A stretch of 64,000 nt of DNA from the human T2T-CHM13v2.0 reference genome, Homo sapiens: the NCBI RefSeq assembly GCF_009914755.1, contig NC_060933.1. The stretch is one strand, 5' to 3'. How positions within the stretch are numbered: the first letter of the stretch is position 1; each line of letters opens with the position of its first letter. The position numbers and the translations under genes were made by a program. This document shows, in pieces, positions 44,013-64,000 of this stretch. A model generated the notes under the pieces. That model did no database searches, was not told the origin of the DNA, and worked only from the letters and a program-made list of their open reading frames with translations.

Positions 44013-45699
44013 CTGCATCTATTGAGATGATCATGTCATTTCTGTTTTAATTCTGTTTATGTGTTGTGTCACATTTATTTACAAGTGTATGTCAAACTAT
44101 CCCTGCATCCATGGTATGAAATTCACTTGATCATAGTGGATTATCTTTTTGATATGGTGTTGGATTTGGTTAGCTAGTATTTTGTTAAGGATTTTTGCAT
44201 CTATGTTCATCAGGGATATTGGTCTGTGGTTTTCTTTTTTTGTTTTGTTCTTTCCTGGTTTTGGTATTAGGGTGATACTGGTTTCATAGAATGATTTAGG
44301 GAGTACTCCCTCTTTCTCTTTCTTGTGGAATAGTGTCAATAGGATTGAATGTCTGATAGAATTCAGCTGTGAATCTGTCTGGTCCTGGACTTTTTTTTGT
44401 TGGTAATTTTTAAATTACTATTTCAATTTCATTGCTTGTTATTGGTCTGTTCAGGGTTTCTAATTCTGATTCTAGCTAAATCCTCCTGATTTAAGCTAGG
44501 AGGATTGTATCTTTGCAGGAATTTATTCATCTCTTCTAGGTTTTCTAGTTTATGTGCATAAAGGTGTTCATAGTAGCCTTGAGTGATCTTTTGTATTTCT
44601 GTGGTGTTGGCTGTAATATCTCCTATTTCATGTCTAATAGAGCTTATTTGGATCTTCTCTCTTCTTTGCTTCGTTAATCTTGCTAATCGTCTATCAATTT
44701 TATTTATCTTTTCGAAGAACCAGCTTTTTGTTCAATTTATCTTTTGTATTTTTGTTGTTGTTTCAATTTCATTTAGTTCTGCTCTGATCTTTGTTATTTC
44801 TTTTCTTCTACTATTTGGGTTTGGTTTGTTTTTCTAGTTCCTTGAGGTGTTACCTTAGGTTGTCTATTTGTGCTCTTTCAGACTTTTTGGTGTAGGCATT
44901 TAATGCTATGAACTTTTAGCACCACCTTTGATGTATCCCAGCAGTTTTGATAGGTTGTGTCACTATTATTGTTCAGTTCAAAGAATTTTTTCATTTCCAT
45001 CTTGATTTCATTGTTGACCCAACAATCATTCAGGAGCATGTACTTTAATTTCCATGTATTTGCATGGATTGGAGGATTTCTTTTGATTTCCAATTTTATT
45101 CCACTGTGGTCTAAGAGAGTACTTGATACAATTTCAGTTTTCTTAAATTTATTGAAACTTGTTTTCTGGCCTGTCATATGGTTTATCTTGGAGAAAGTTC
45201 CATGCACTGATGAATGGAATGTATACTCTGTGGTTGTTGGGTAGAATATTCTGTAAATATCTGTTGGGTCCATTTGTTCTAGGTATAGTTTTAATCCATT
45301 GTTTCTTTGTTGACTTTCTGTCTTGATGACCTGTCTAGTGCTGTCAGTGGAGTATTGAAGTCCCCCACTATTATTGTGTTGCTGTCTATCTCATTTCTGA
45401 GGTCTAGTAGTAATTGTTTTATAAATTTGGGAGCTCCAGTGTTAGGTGCATATTTATTTAGGATTATGTTTTCCTGTTGAACAAAGCCTTTTATCATGAT
45501 TTAGTGTCCCTCTTTGTATTTTTTAACTGCTGTTGCTTTAAAGTTTGTTTTGTCTGATATAAGAATAGCTACTCCTGGTCACTTTTGGTGTCCATTTGCA
45601 TGGAATGTAATTTTCCACCCTTTTACCTCAACTTTATGTGAGTCCTTATGTGTTAGTTGAGTCTCTTGAAGACAGCAGATACTTAGTTGGTGAATACTT

Positions 45700-52135
<6,436 letters not shown>

Positions 52136-54834
52136 GGTGAATTGTTATGTATTCTGCAATTCTATATCTTTTAAGTGGAGCATTTAGGCCATCTGCATTC
52201 AATGTTAGTATTGAGATGTGAGGTACTATTCTATTCATCATACTATCTGTTGCCTGAATACCTTGGTTTTTTATTTATTTACTTATTTATTGTATTTTTG
52301 TTTTAATGGGTCTTGTGAGACTCATGATTTAGAGATTCTGTTTTGATGTGTTTCCATGGTTCGTTTCAATATTTAGAGCTCCTTTCAGCAGTTCTTATAG
52401 TGCTGGCTTGGTAGTGGCAAATTCTCTTGGCCTTTGTCTGAAAAAGACTGTATCTTTCCTTCATTTATGAAGCTTAGGATACAAAACTGTTGGCTGATAA
52501 TTGTTTTGTTTAAGGAGGATAAAAATAGGACCCCAGTCCCCTCTAGCCTGTAGGGTTTCTGCTGAGAAATCTGCTGTTACTCTGATAGATTTTCCTTTAT
52601 AGGCTACCTGGTGCTTTTGCCTCACAGCTCTTAAGATTTTTCCCTCTGTCTTGACTTTAGATAACCTGATAACTATAGGTTTAGGCAATGATCTTTTTGC
52701 AATGAATTTCCCAGGTGTTCGTTGAACTTCTTGTATTTGGATGTCTACATCTCCAGCAAGGCTGAGGAAGTTTTCCTCTATTATTCCCCCAAATATGTTT
52801 TCCAAACTTAGATTTCTCTTCTTCCTTAGGGACTCCACTTATTCTTAGGTTTGGTCATTTAACATAATCCCAAACTTCTTGGAGGCTTTATTCATTTTTT
52901 AAAATTCTTTTACTTTCCAGTACATTTTGCATTTCTCTGTGTTCTTTACTTCCTGAAGTAGTGATTGTTTTATATTTATGCTATCTATTTCACTGAAGAT
53001 TTCTCCCCTCATATCTTGTATCATATTTTTTTATTTCCTTAAGTTGGACTTCACCTTTTTCTGGTGCCTCCTTGATTAGCTTACTACTCGACCTTCTGAA
53101 TTTTTTTTTCTGGCAATTCAGGGATTTCATATTGGTTTGGATCCATTGCTGGTGAGCTATTGTGATTTTTTGATGATGTTAAAGAACATTATTTTGTCAT
53201 ATTACCAGAACTGTGTTTCTGGCTCCTTCTTATTTGGGTAGGCTATTTCAGAGGAAAGATCTGAAGCTCAAGGCTGCTGTTCAGATTCTTTTGTCCCATG
53301 GGGTGTTCCCTTGATGTAGTACTCTCCCCCTTTTCTTAGGAATGTGGCTTCCTGAGAGCCAAACTGTAGTGATTGTTATTTGTCTTTTGGATCTAGCCAC
53401 CCAGTGGAGCTACTGGTCTCTGGGCTGGCACTGGGGGATGTCTGCACAGAGTCCTGTGATGTGAACCATCTTTAGGTCTCTCAGCTGTGGATACCAGCAT
53501 CTGGTCCAGTGGAGGTGGCAGAGGAGTAAAACAGACTCTGTGAGGTGCCTTAGTTGTAGTTGTTTAATGCACTAGTTTTGTGCTAGTTGGCCTCCTGCCA
53601 GGAGGTGGCGCTTTCAAGAGTACGTCAGCTGTGGTAGTATAGGGGAGGATCAGGTGGTGGGTGGGGGCCCTAGAACTCCCAAGAAAATATGAACTTTGTC
53701 TTTAGCTACCAGGGTGGGTAGGGAAGGACCATCAGGTGGGAGCAGGGTTAGGTACGAATGACCTCAGACTCTCCTTGTGTGGGGCTTGCTGTGGCTGCTG
53801 TGGGGATAGGGGTGTGGTTCTCAGGTCAATGGAGTTATGTTCCCAGGAGGATTATGGCTGCCTCTGCTGTGTCATGCAGGTTGTCAGGAAAGTGGAGAAA
53901 GCTGATAGCCTCACCCAGCTCCCATGCAACCCAAAAGGCTGGTCTCATTCCCACTGTGCCCCCTCCAACAGCACTGAGATTGTTTTCAGGCAGTGGGCAA
54001 GTAGGGCTGAGAACTTGCCCCAGGTTACCAGCCTCCTGGTTGAGAAAGCAAGCGGGGCTTTTGTGCCACCTCCCTGCCTGTCACCGGATTCACATCCTCC
54101 CCCAAGTTCTGGCCAGGAAACTTCACATTTGGTTGGAATCGTTACAGAGTTCAGCTGGAGGTTTCCTTCTCCCTGTGGTCTTTTCCCAGTTCCTCTGGCA
54201 GCCCTCCTCAAGGACTCCTGTGAGACAAGTCAGAAATTGCTTCTCTGGGGACCCGGAGAACCCACATGGCTTTTCCTGTGGCTTCTTCTACCCTTGTGTT
54301 TCACTCAGCTCTCTAAATTGTCTCAGCTCCAGGTAAGGTCAAATCTTTCTCTTGTGATCTGGACCTTTAGGTTCCCCAGTGAGTGTGTATATTCGGGGCA
54401 GGGGATGATCTCCCTTTCCCACTTTTGCAGTTTGGGCACTCACAGTATTTGGGCTGTCTCCCAAGTCCTGCAGGAGCAACCTGTTTCCTTCAAATGGTCT
54501 GTGGATTCTCTTGACTTTCCCAGTATATTTCTGCAGCAGTTCTTGGAACAAAAGTTCACAATGCAAGTCTCCACATTCTATTCTATCCATCCAAGTGGGG
54601 GCTGCAATTTAGTCCTGACTCCTATCTGCCATTTTTTCCTAGCAGTTCATTCTGGATTATTTTTAACCAATAACTCAACCAAAGCACAGGCCTTCAGTTC
54701 TTGTACTTTACAGGTATCTTGAGTATAGCAATTTTTCATCTGCAGAATGGAGAGTATATAGGCAATTAATGCATCTAGATTTTGTCCATCAAAAGGTAAC
54801 ATTGACATCCCATTTTTCTGCTATTTTATAAGTT

Positions 54835-55130
54835 CATACCAGGTGTCAAGCATTATGCTGTGGGCAAGTTTCTTAGTCTCTACATCCTTGAGTCTCCTTA
54901 CTATGAATGGAGATAAAAGTACTACTGCATAAAGTTATTGAGATAATTAAATAAGCTCATAGATACAAGCATGTAACATGGTACCTAGCATAATAATTTT
55001 CTTTATCCCTCTTAACCCTCCTTCAAGGTAGGTTTTACTATTTTGACTTTACATATAAGGAAACTGAAACTCTGAGAGGATAAATAATTGTCAGACAATT
55101 AATAAGTGATAGATCCACAATTTAAGCTTG
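54835..55130. mobile_element. Two MIR fragments in opposite orientation
   Basis: gggcaagtttctta...ataattaaataag, and ataaggaaactgaaactctgagagg. Confidence 0.6.
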
Positions 55131-55879
55131 TTGTGTGGAAACTTACCTTGGTATGATGGAGGTCTCTAAGTACACTACCAAGCAAGCTCTCCCAGAAGTC
55201 ACAAACCTGAAGTTCACATACCAAATTAAAATGCTCAAATCACATGGCTTAGTAAGCTTATTTAAAGCACAGTGAGAAGTAAGGGGAAAGAGATGGGTTA
55301 TGGTAAGACATGGGATAAAGTAGCAATATCGTGAGATCATGGGCAACAGGACCACACTTCTGTATCCTGTGTTCTGCAGTGTTCGTGTGCCCTGTCTCTC
55401 TCATCCTGCTGATAGTGTGGCTAAGGGGACTGAGGTCCCAATGGGGGCCACATAATAAAGATTACTTGGGCCAATGATAGGTACAAGCTCCATTGGAATG
55501 AATGACACAGGACAAGTACGCCTGATCATAGCAGTAGCTTGTGATTAGCCTGCTGAAATTGCAGGAGTTGTGTCTGCATTTCTTGGACAGAGCAGATGCA
55601 AGAGGAACAAACTGGATGACACCAATGGCTGGTCAAGTTAGCAGTGACAGGTATCTCAGTCCCAAAGTGTCAGGATAATGATTTGGTCTTTTCATCTCTT
55701 TCTAACTGTAATGTTCTTGTTTGTTCATCATATATATTTTTAAAAATTTATTTTCTGTCTTTCTTTGGCAGATATTACAGGTTACTAATTTACCTGCTAT
55801 CTGTAGTGAACACATCAAACATGCCTATGCATCATATGTACATGTTTACTTATTAGCTATATTTAACATATCCTATGTG

Positions 55880-56598
55880 CAGGACCAGCTACATAATTTG
55901 CATGATGTAATGTAAAATGCAAATGGGGGGCCCCTTGTTAAAAAATACTTAAGAATTTCTATTATTAAGAATTTTAAGATGATGAAAGAAACCAGAATAT
56001 GCCAGCTCTAAATATGCCTCATTGACGTAAATATTTTTGAGCTGAAGGGAATTAAGAAGCACATGCAGAAAAGCTCTCTGCCTCTTCTATTTGCCTAAAA
56101 GCAGGACAGAGAATTACAAAAACAAAAGGTCTTTTATGTTCCTCCTCCCCTTTCCTGCCTAAAGACAAGATGTAAATTCTCCTTTACAACCTTTACCAGC
56201 TGAGAGCCTGCTTCAGAAAAATCTGGGAACAGACTTGACTCTTTCCCACAGTTCTCTGGCCTTTGGAAGCTTAGGGCTGTTTTCCTCTTTGTCCTGTCAC
56301 TTCTCTACAATGTATTGATCTTGTTGAATACTTTGTATTAGCTGGGATTCTAAGCCACACTGCCTTGAGTTACTTTTCACCTGCGTGATGTTCATGTATT
56401 AATAGACTTGTTTGTTTTTCTCTTGTTAATCTGTCATTTGTTACAGGAGACTGTCTCAATTAAAAACTTACGAGGGTTCAGAAAAATTATAATTTCTTCC
56501 CAACAATGACAATAGCAGAGCATAAAACTAAGCACAGGGCCCATGTGAGTATGGGGTCCTGTAACAGTGCAGGTCACAGGCCTATGAAATTGCCCCTG
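55880..56598. mobile_element. MER91-like hAT element split by an LTR; TSD CCTATG(TG/AA)
   Basis: CAGGACCAGCTACATAATTTGC...GGGCCCCTTGTT, resuming after the LTR with AGCACAGGGCCC...CCCTG. Confidence 0.8.
55983..56505 (+). mobile_element. ERV1 solo LTR (MER34/MER39-like), TG...CA, 4-bp TSD ATGA
   Basis: TSD at 55979-82 and 56506-09. Confidence 0.8.
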
Positions 56599-56974
56599 CC
56601 TATGAATTTCACCTGACTATTCCAAGCCAAGAGCTACTTATTATCTATGCTGAACATTTCTAATGATTTCCATCTTTTCCAATAGCAGAATTCAGTGGTC
56701 TCAAATAATTCAGCCAACTCACATTATAGAACTCAAGTCTATGTAACTCCAAGTCACTGTTCATGCACTATAGTCATGGAGTTCTTTTTAAATACCTGTC
56801 ATCCCCATGTTCAAACCCTTCAATGTCTCCCTAGTAATTAACAAAATTTAGTCAATTTTGCCTAAAAAATATCGGTGAGCTCCACAACCTGAATTCCAAC
56901 TTACTTTCCAAAGCAAACTCTCATTAATTACTGATGATGACCATGAGGTTTTGGAGAGGGACAAAACCATCTCC

Positions 56975-57200
56975 AAATGTTTTTGAGTGTCTCCTGTGTA
57001 TCGTGTCCTGTACTAGATGTTTTACACATCAACTCATTTAATCCTTATGAGAACATTGAAAACAAAGTTATCCCCATTTTACAGATGAGAAAATTGAGAT
57101 TGATAGAGGTAAGGTCACCTTACACAGTTATTAACTGTGAGGGTGGATTAAAATCCAGATTTCTCTGTCTCTAAAACCTCAGGCTTTTTCTACTGTGCCA
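56975..57200. mobile_element. MIR
   Basis: catttaatcctt...ccccattttacagatgagaaaattgag core. Confidence 0.8.
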
Positions 57201-57689
57201 TACTACTTCTAATTTGAACTGTATTTTCCAGTGAAATGAGATTAATCTTCCCTATAGACATGCCAGGTACCTGTTATCACTTTATTCTGGTATCCGCTCC
57301 ATTTTTTGGCATCCTATGCTTCTTCCATGCCTGACTTTATCTCCCGTTTGAGCCTCTTTCTCTGCCAACGCCCATAGAAATAAAATTCAAATGAATTCTC
57401 TTGATTATTCATTTGGCTCTTCTGTTAGGCAGCATTGTGTTGCATTTTTAAAAATTATATGTAAATCTCCATTTCAGAAGAGATTTTGAGCTCCTCAGGG
57501 CACGAAACGTATCACATAGCTCTTTATTGTCTCAAGTACTAGCATAGTGCTTTGTATGCAATATTTAATTAATATTTTCTGTGTGGGTGAAAATGTTAAT
57601 GTCTTTTTTGTTGGACATTCATTTCCAAAGCAGAACAATTAACATGACTGGATGTTTAAAGGGTCTGGATGAATAGGTGAGTGAAGGAC

Positions 57690-57866
57690 AGAAATGTGCT
57701 GGTAAAAAGCCCTGATCTATAGTGCTTGCCAATTTCCGTGGTGTAAATACTTCCACTATAGCCAATTTTAAGCTACCAACAGTTAGAGCCAACTCACAAA
57801 ATTCTTGAAAATTTCATAATCAGTGGTTTTGTGTGAGCCAGCATAAGTCAGCTTCGGTATCTCTTT
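57690..57866. mobile_element. MER63-like hAT-Blackjack element
   Basis: tgccaatttccgtggtgtaaatact...aagctaccaac...caaaattcttgaaaattt. Confidence 0.75.
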
Positions 57867-58103
57867 GAGGGATTTAATAATGAACTCAACTAAGGTAAAA
57901 CTGATCTGGAACAACTGAAAGCAGAGGTTAAAGTAAAATAACTCTGTTATTTAATCTATAATCAACTATGAAATGCTTGAATTAGAGCTGCCTGTGAGAA
58001 GGAAAAACAATGATTCCATAATGTGAAGGCTCCAGACAAAGGCCAAAAGTGCATCAATGACTTCTTATCCCAGTTTTTTAAACTAAAAAAACTGCTAGCT
58101 AAA

Positions 58104-58157
58104 TGATTTTTGTTTTATATGACTTTTGTTTTATATGACTTTTGTTTATATGACTTT
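58104..58157. repeat. 16-bp minisatellite, ~3 copies (GTTTTATATGACTTTT)
   Basis: Directly visible. Confidence 0.88.
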
Positions 58158-59062
58158 CCTCCCAAATCTGTTAGCATGCATAGAGTTTCAGTTTTTCTTT
58201 CATCTTCTCCTCTTCTGCTCATTTCTCTCTTTTTAAATTTTATCATAAAGTGGAACACTTTTTATTCAAGAGAAATCAATTCTTGATTGAGATCAGAAAT
58301 CTCTTGCCATTCACATTAGAGTTGATCTACCACAATTGCCTGCTTCATCATTTTCATTCTATTGGAATAAGTATTTACAGCTATAAACTATCCTGCATCT
58401 TACATATTTCTATTAAACAAGAACAATGTCCGTGACAGTTTTCTGTCTCAGGATTTATCTTATTAATATTTATTGTATTGTTATGAGTGCTTAGCAAATT
58501 ATTGTGGTTAACTTTACCAATGCCTTTCAAATAATATTTTGAAATTTTCCCTGAAAGGATATTGAGAAAAGCCAAATGTAAAAATTATTGTTTTTTTTCC
58601 TTGGGATTTGCATGTTTTGAAAACGTTCTCAATTGTTAGGGAAGTCAGCTGTAAAACACAGGCTAAATATACTTTTGTCTACCAAGAATTCCCTTTACTT
58701 GTCTGTTTCGTGATTTGTTTAATCTTTCTTAGTTATGCATGTACCATTTTACCATAGTTACCTGGAGATATTCTTGTCTCTGCCTTAGTTTGGCAGGCTT
58801 TTCAAGTGGCTCACTGAGCTACTGTTTCTATTTCTTTTAGAAAGTTGTGGAGGCATTTATTACTCTCATAACTGCCTCAAAATCTCAAGCACATGGCCTA
58901 GTTAAATCATCTTGAGGTTCTGCCCATATGGTTGCAGAAGGATATTAGTCATTGGAAAAAATGGGTCTAAAATGATAATATTCAAAGATGTTTTCCAATA
59001 TTCTTGGCAATCTTATTCACTAATTTCCACGGACATTTAATTAGCAAGAATTTAAAGAACCT

Positions 59063-59442
59063 TGTTTTAGTTTCCTGCTGCTGTAATAGAATATCACAGA
59101 CTGGATAATATATAAAGAAAGGAAATTTATTGGGCTTATGGTTCTGGAGGCTGGGAAGTCCAAGAGGCATGACACTGGCACCTGGCAAGGGTCATCCAAT
59201 GGTGGAAGGCATCACATGGTGAGCAAGGACGAGAGACAGGGAGAAATGGGGCTGTATTTATCTTTTTATCAGGAGCCTACTCTGTGATACTAGCCCACTC
59301 TCATGGTAACCACATTAATACATTCATGAGGATAGAGCCCTCATGGCCGAATTATCTCTTAAAGGTCCCATCTCTTACTACTGTTACAATGGCAATTAAG
59401 TTTCCAATACATAAACTTTAGGAGACATAGTCAAACCATAGA
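59063..59442 (-). mobile_element. MaLR solo LTR (MSTB/MSTC-like)
   Basis: ggttctggaggctgggaagtccaag...aaaggtcccatctctta...caaaccatag. Confidence 0.85.
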
Positions 59443-60173
59443 AATCTTAAACTTCAAATAAACAGGGATTTTTTTTAGTAGCACAGTATAAAATGATAAT
59501 AATAAATATCAGATATAAAAAATTTCTGAAGTTCTTTTTAGATAGATAAATCATGGTTACTATTATCTTCTTAGTTACATTTCATTGCACCCTATTTTCT
59601 GTGGTATTATCAGTCAACATATTATATATAGTAAGACACATTAAATTTTCTGAGCTTGCCAGGGCATCCTGTCCCCTAACAGTTTTTGATAATGATTTAT
59701 CAAATGTGTACTCTTTAGAATTTTAGCTGTCAGTAACAGTTGATTTTCACAACTTTTATTAGACTATCCATGATGTTTTTTGGAAAGGTAGTTAAAAGGA
59801 TAAATACATTAATTATCATAAAATTATCTAGGAATGCTTTTAAATACATTTGACATAATACATTAACACTAAAAGGAAAGCAAATATGCACCTAATAAGC
59901 ACAAAATAAGATTAATCAGAGAAATGTGTCCTTGCTGTTTTGGGGAAGAGTTATCCAGATCTCAGGTAAGGTACTTTTTGTGGAGATAACCTTCTGTTTT
60001 ATGAAGCTTGTAACAAGATAACAATCAAGGCATTTTTGTGGCCATGTTTATGTATATGAGCAAGCAATGGCAAGTGAGATACTAGTTTGGGGGCTTAAAT
60101 AAGATAAAAGTAGTTAAACTTTATTAAAATGCACATATTAAAATAAATTTTGAAATACATTGTATTCAAATAT

Positions 60174-61007
<834 letters not shown>

Positions 61008-62920
61008 AATATCATAACAAATCGTGTGAAAGGAGGAAAGGGGAATAGTTTTACATTTCAAATATAAGGGGTCCAAGATTCCCTTTTATAGTTATAAAAA
61101 TTAGAAATTTTTAAATGGTATGAATCACTTATTTCAAATAGTTGTATTTATGATGCTTTTGTAATATATATGCATAAGTTTACCTATATATTTATATATG
61201 TGTGCATGTACATATAATGTATAAATACACAAAGGCACTCATATCTACATAATGATACATGATTCTTTGGATGAATTAACTTTTACATTTTATGCATACA
61301 CTCTTATTGTGTTTCTTGACCAGTGCTTGGTCACAGGGATCAGGACAAGTTAGAAGGGAGGCTATGGGAGGACACTGTAAAATATTAACACAACTTAATT
61401 CTGCAGAAAGGCCAGTTCACATAGGAAGATGGTGTCCTCTGAGGGTGCACTTACCCAAGCTGTGTTCCCCAATTGCTTAGGACAGTCTTCCATGTCTAAG
61501 TTTGTCATGTGGCAAACAATCAAATTTACCTGGTAGTCCTAGTGATTTGCAGAGCTCACTGAAATGCCATCGTTTAAAAGCATCATTTTAAATTTATTGT
61601 CCACTGATAGATCAAAAGATAGAATACCCTATTCCAAGAGAAAAACTAAAGACTTCTATTAGAAAAATTTAGGTTTAGCACTTCTAAATATCACTATACA
61701 ACATTTTGAAAAATGTTTTGAAAAAACAGTTATAATGCTTAGAAACATTTAGAAGAATATAAGCACACAGGTATTGTGTTGAAACACATTACCTACACTT
61801 TCAATGCAGGATGCTTCTTCTCACTATGGGGCAGCACTTTGTGAATTTTTCTGTTTCACAGTATTCAGAATTCATTAGAACATGTTTGATTAGAATGCAC
61901 ATGAGGCAAGCAAAATTAGCACAGTCTGTCTATCAAGCCACGTAGATGGCCTTGCAAAGAGCTGAATGCTAGTATATCTAAGAATATGAGATTATATGTA
62001 TGATTCATGGTGGAAATGTCTCCTTTGTTAGATAAATTCCTGCAAACCAATGCCTGGAATGCCCTCTCTGCCTACTCGAATTCTATTAGCTCTTTAACAT
62101 CCATTTGAATTCTTATCTCATCTACAATATCTTCAGCAACTCTGAAGCCTCCATTGTCCTCTCCCTTTTCACTTCAAGGCTGTCTTGCATTGTTATGTAA
62201 CTATTTCATGGGCCTAGATCTCATTTTTCTTAATAAAGTTTAAGCTGTAGAAAGGAATTCATATATTTCCTTGATTTCTTTTAAACACTTAACACATTAA
62301 GAACATAAAACATACCCAGTAATTACTTAAAGAAAAAAAAGACTAAGTAAAAGGGACAATGAAAGAATAATAGAAATAAAATGAATTTGTTTATCAGCCA
62401 GAATTTTGGGTGGGTCCTCCTCATAGCTATGTATAGCAATCTATAATTTCAGTGCTATTTCTACCTACTTCTAATAAAAATATTCCCACAGTAAAGGGGC
62501 AAGGGGAAATTCCACCATTTTGCAACATTTTGGTGATTAGAATTGTTGAGATATGGTTTTAGACAGAGTTTCCTTCTTATTCTTGGGCTGGTGATTTTAA
62601 GATTCATTTGTGTGTTTTAGGTCACATTCTCCCCAAATCTCATTTTTGCTCAACACAAGAACAGTAAGAGTAAGCTGGGATGCCTTAGTGATATGGCCTG
62701 GAACTCTGCAGCCTACATAATACTATCCCTACCTTCAGGTATTAGTGTTGCTAATAACATGCTCAACTGATTCATTAAAACAAAGGACAAAAAAATAAAC
62801 AAACATAAAATCATTTTCATAGAGCTTAAAGAGACTATCCAGAGAGACATTTATAAAGTTACCATTATAAAATGCTTCACACTAAAAAAGAATTCTTTAC
62901 AATAATTTGGTTGTAAATTG

Positions 62921-63526
62921 TGTAAAATTCTTTTTCCCTCCATCAATTTTAGATTTATTGGTTGGAGCCTTGTAAGTCAGACTGACAAAAGACAGATTAA
63001 CAAGAGAAAAACAAGCAGAAGTTTATTACCATGTATATCCCTCTTATTCATGGGAGATGAGTAACTGAAAGAGGAGGTTAGAACTTGAGCTCACATAGCA
63101 TCTTAACAAAAGAACAGTACATTTTTAAAGAAGTGACAAGACAAAGGAAAAGGACTTTGAGTTTCTAGGATGGCAAATGATGGGAAAGCAAATATATGGG
63201 GGAACTAATGGAAAATAAGGACTATTTAGTAAAGCTTGTCATGCAGATTCCTCTGGTGCCCTCTCTTGACTGATAAGTCTGGAATAGTCTTCAGTGATTA
63301 ACTTCTGTCCTTCCAGGTAAGAGGGGAATGAAAATAATACCTTTATATATTTATCTCCTGCTTTTAGGCAAAGGGGGAGAGCAGAGAGCTTTTCTTGTAT
63401 CTGCTGCTTCTTGATTGCTTTCATCTTGAAATAATCTTTATACCATATTTTTGGCACATTTTGGCATAATATGGCACATAATCCTGACATGGCATATTTT
63501 GGGGTGCCATATTCTGCTACCCTCCA
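62921..63526 (-). mobile_element. ERV1 solo LTR (same group as 55983-56505), TSD AATTG
   Basis: Reverse complement shares cagaatatg...aaagctctctgc...tttgcctaaaagcagga with the 55983 LTR. AATTG at 62916-20 and 63527-31. Confidence 0.78.
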
Positions 63527-64000
63527 AATTGTCTCTACCCTTCTATTATCTTAGCAGATAATAGTACAACCTCCCAAATTTTGGTTTCCTTCTGTGAGGA
63601 AAACACAGTTTGTGCTGTGACCAGTATTGTAGCTCCTGGGGAAACCTGTGTGGTCTCCTCTCTCTTCTCCCTGCTACTGTAATACTAACAAAAAGAATGT
63701 TTAAACCATAAATTGAATCTTAAAGCAATCAAGTACAAATCAGAGTTAGGAAAAGTTTTAATCAGCAGGTAGAAAAAGGATCTAGTGTGCTTTTATTTTT
63801 AAATTTTTCATTAATCCACTAAAGCCCAGCTTGTTATTTTTACCTTGTTTCATCTAAAATTACCCTAAGATGCTGGCATGACCTCTAGGGTGTGACTAAA
63901 ATGTGTTTGAGTCTTTATTTGACATTTAAGCCAGCCATGAAAATTAGCATTGGTTTAGAGCTCCAGGGAGCAAAGAAGTCATCCTGAGTCTGAAGAATTT

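Noticed and set aside
53736-54722. 328-aa ORF, the longest in the window
   Set aside because: GTG start, lies antisense in an L1PB 5'UTR, has no recognisable domain, and is out of phase with TMC1 at the 54333 donor. Not called a gene.
55360-55640. Possible ancient ERVL LTR fragment
   Set aside because: Similarity too weak to call without an HMM search.
58104-58157. Short direct repeats as a CRISPR-like array
   Set aside because: No spacers, eukaryotic context. An ordinary minisatellite.

Overview
Primate (almost certainly human) AT-rich, repeat-dense genomic DNA from inside the TMC1 gene (hair-cell mechanotransduction channel), + strand. Three coding exons are present: 23622-23669 (48 nt), 29456-29627 (172 nt) and 35431-35556 (126 nt). 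They splice in frame to [48 protein letters not shown]...[13 protein letters not shown], the TMC1 N-terminus (conventionally exons 6-8). The start-codon exon and the next exon lie outside the window. The rest is intronic, with Alus, MIR/L2, old L1M, MaLR/ERVL/ERV1 solo LTRs and hAT/Tigger DNA transposons. The dominant structure is a 13.4-kb nested element, antisense to TMC1: a full-length L1PB-like element with a 16-bp TSD hosts a full-length L1PA7-like element, an AluS and a ~100-bp polyadenylated LTR-derived retro-insert. Best leads: (1) the two L1 5'UTRs point their antisense sides down TMC1, with an ORF0-like frame and a 192-codon ATG frame ending at a strong phase-2 donor compatible with the next TMC1 exon; (2) a ~765-bp TSD-flanked orphan retrocopy; (3) hairpins at the exon 6 and 7 acceptors; (4) palindromic motif clusters in unique intron 5 sequence. 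Repeat subfamily names come from recalled consensus sequences and need RepeatMasker confirmation. No novel system is proven by sequence alone.
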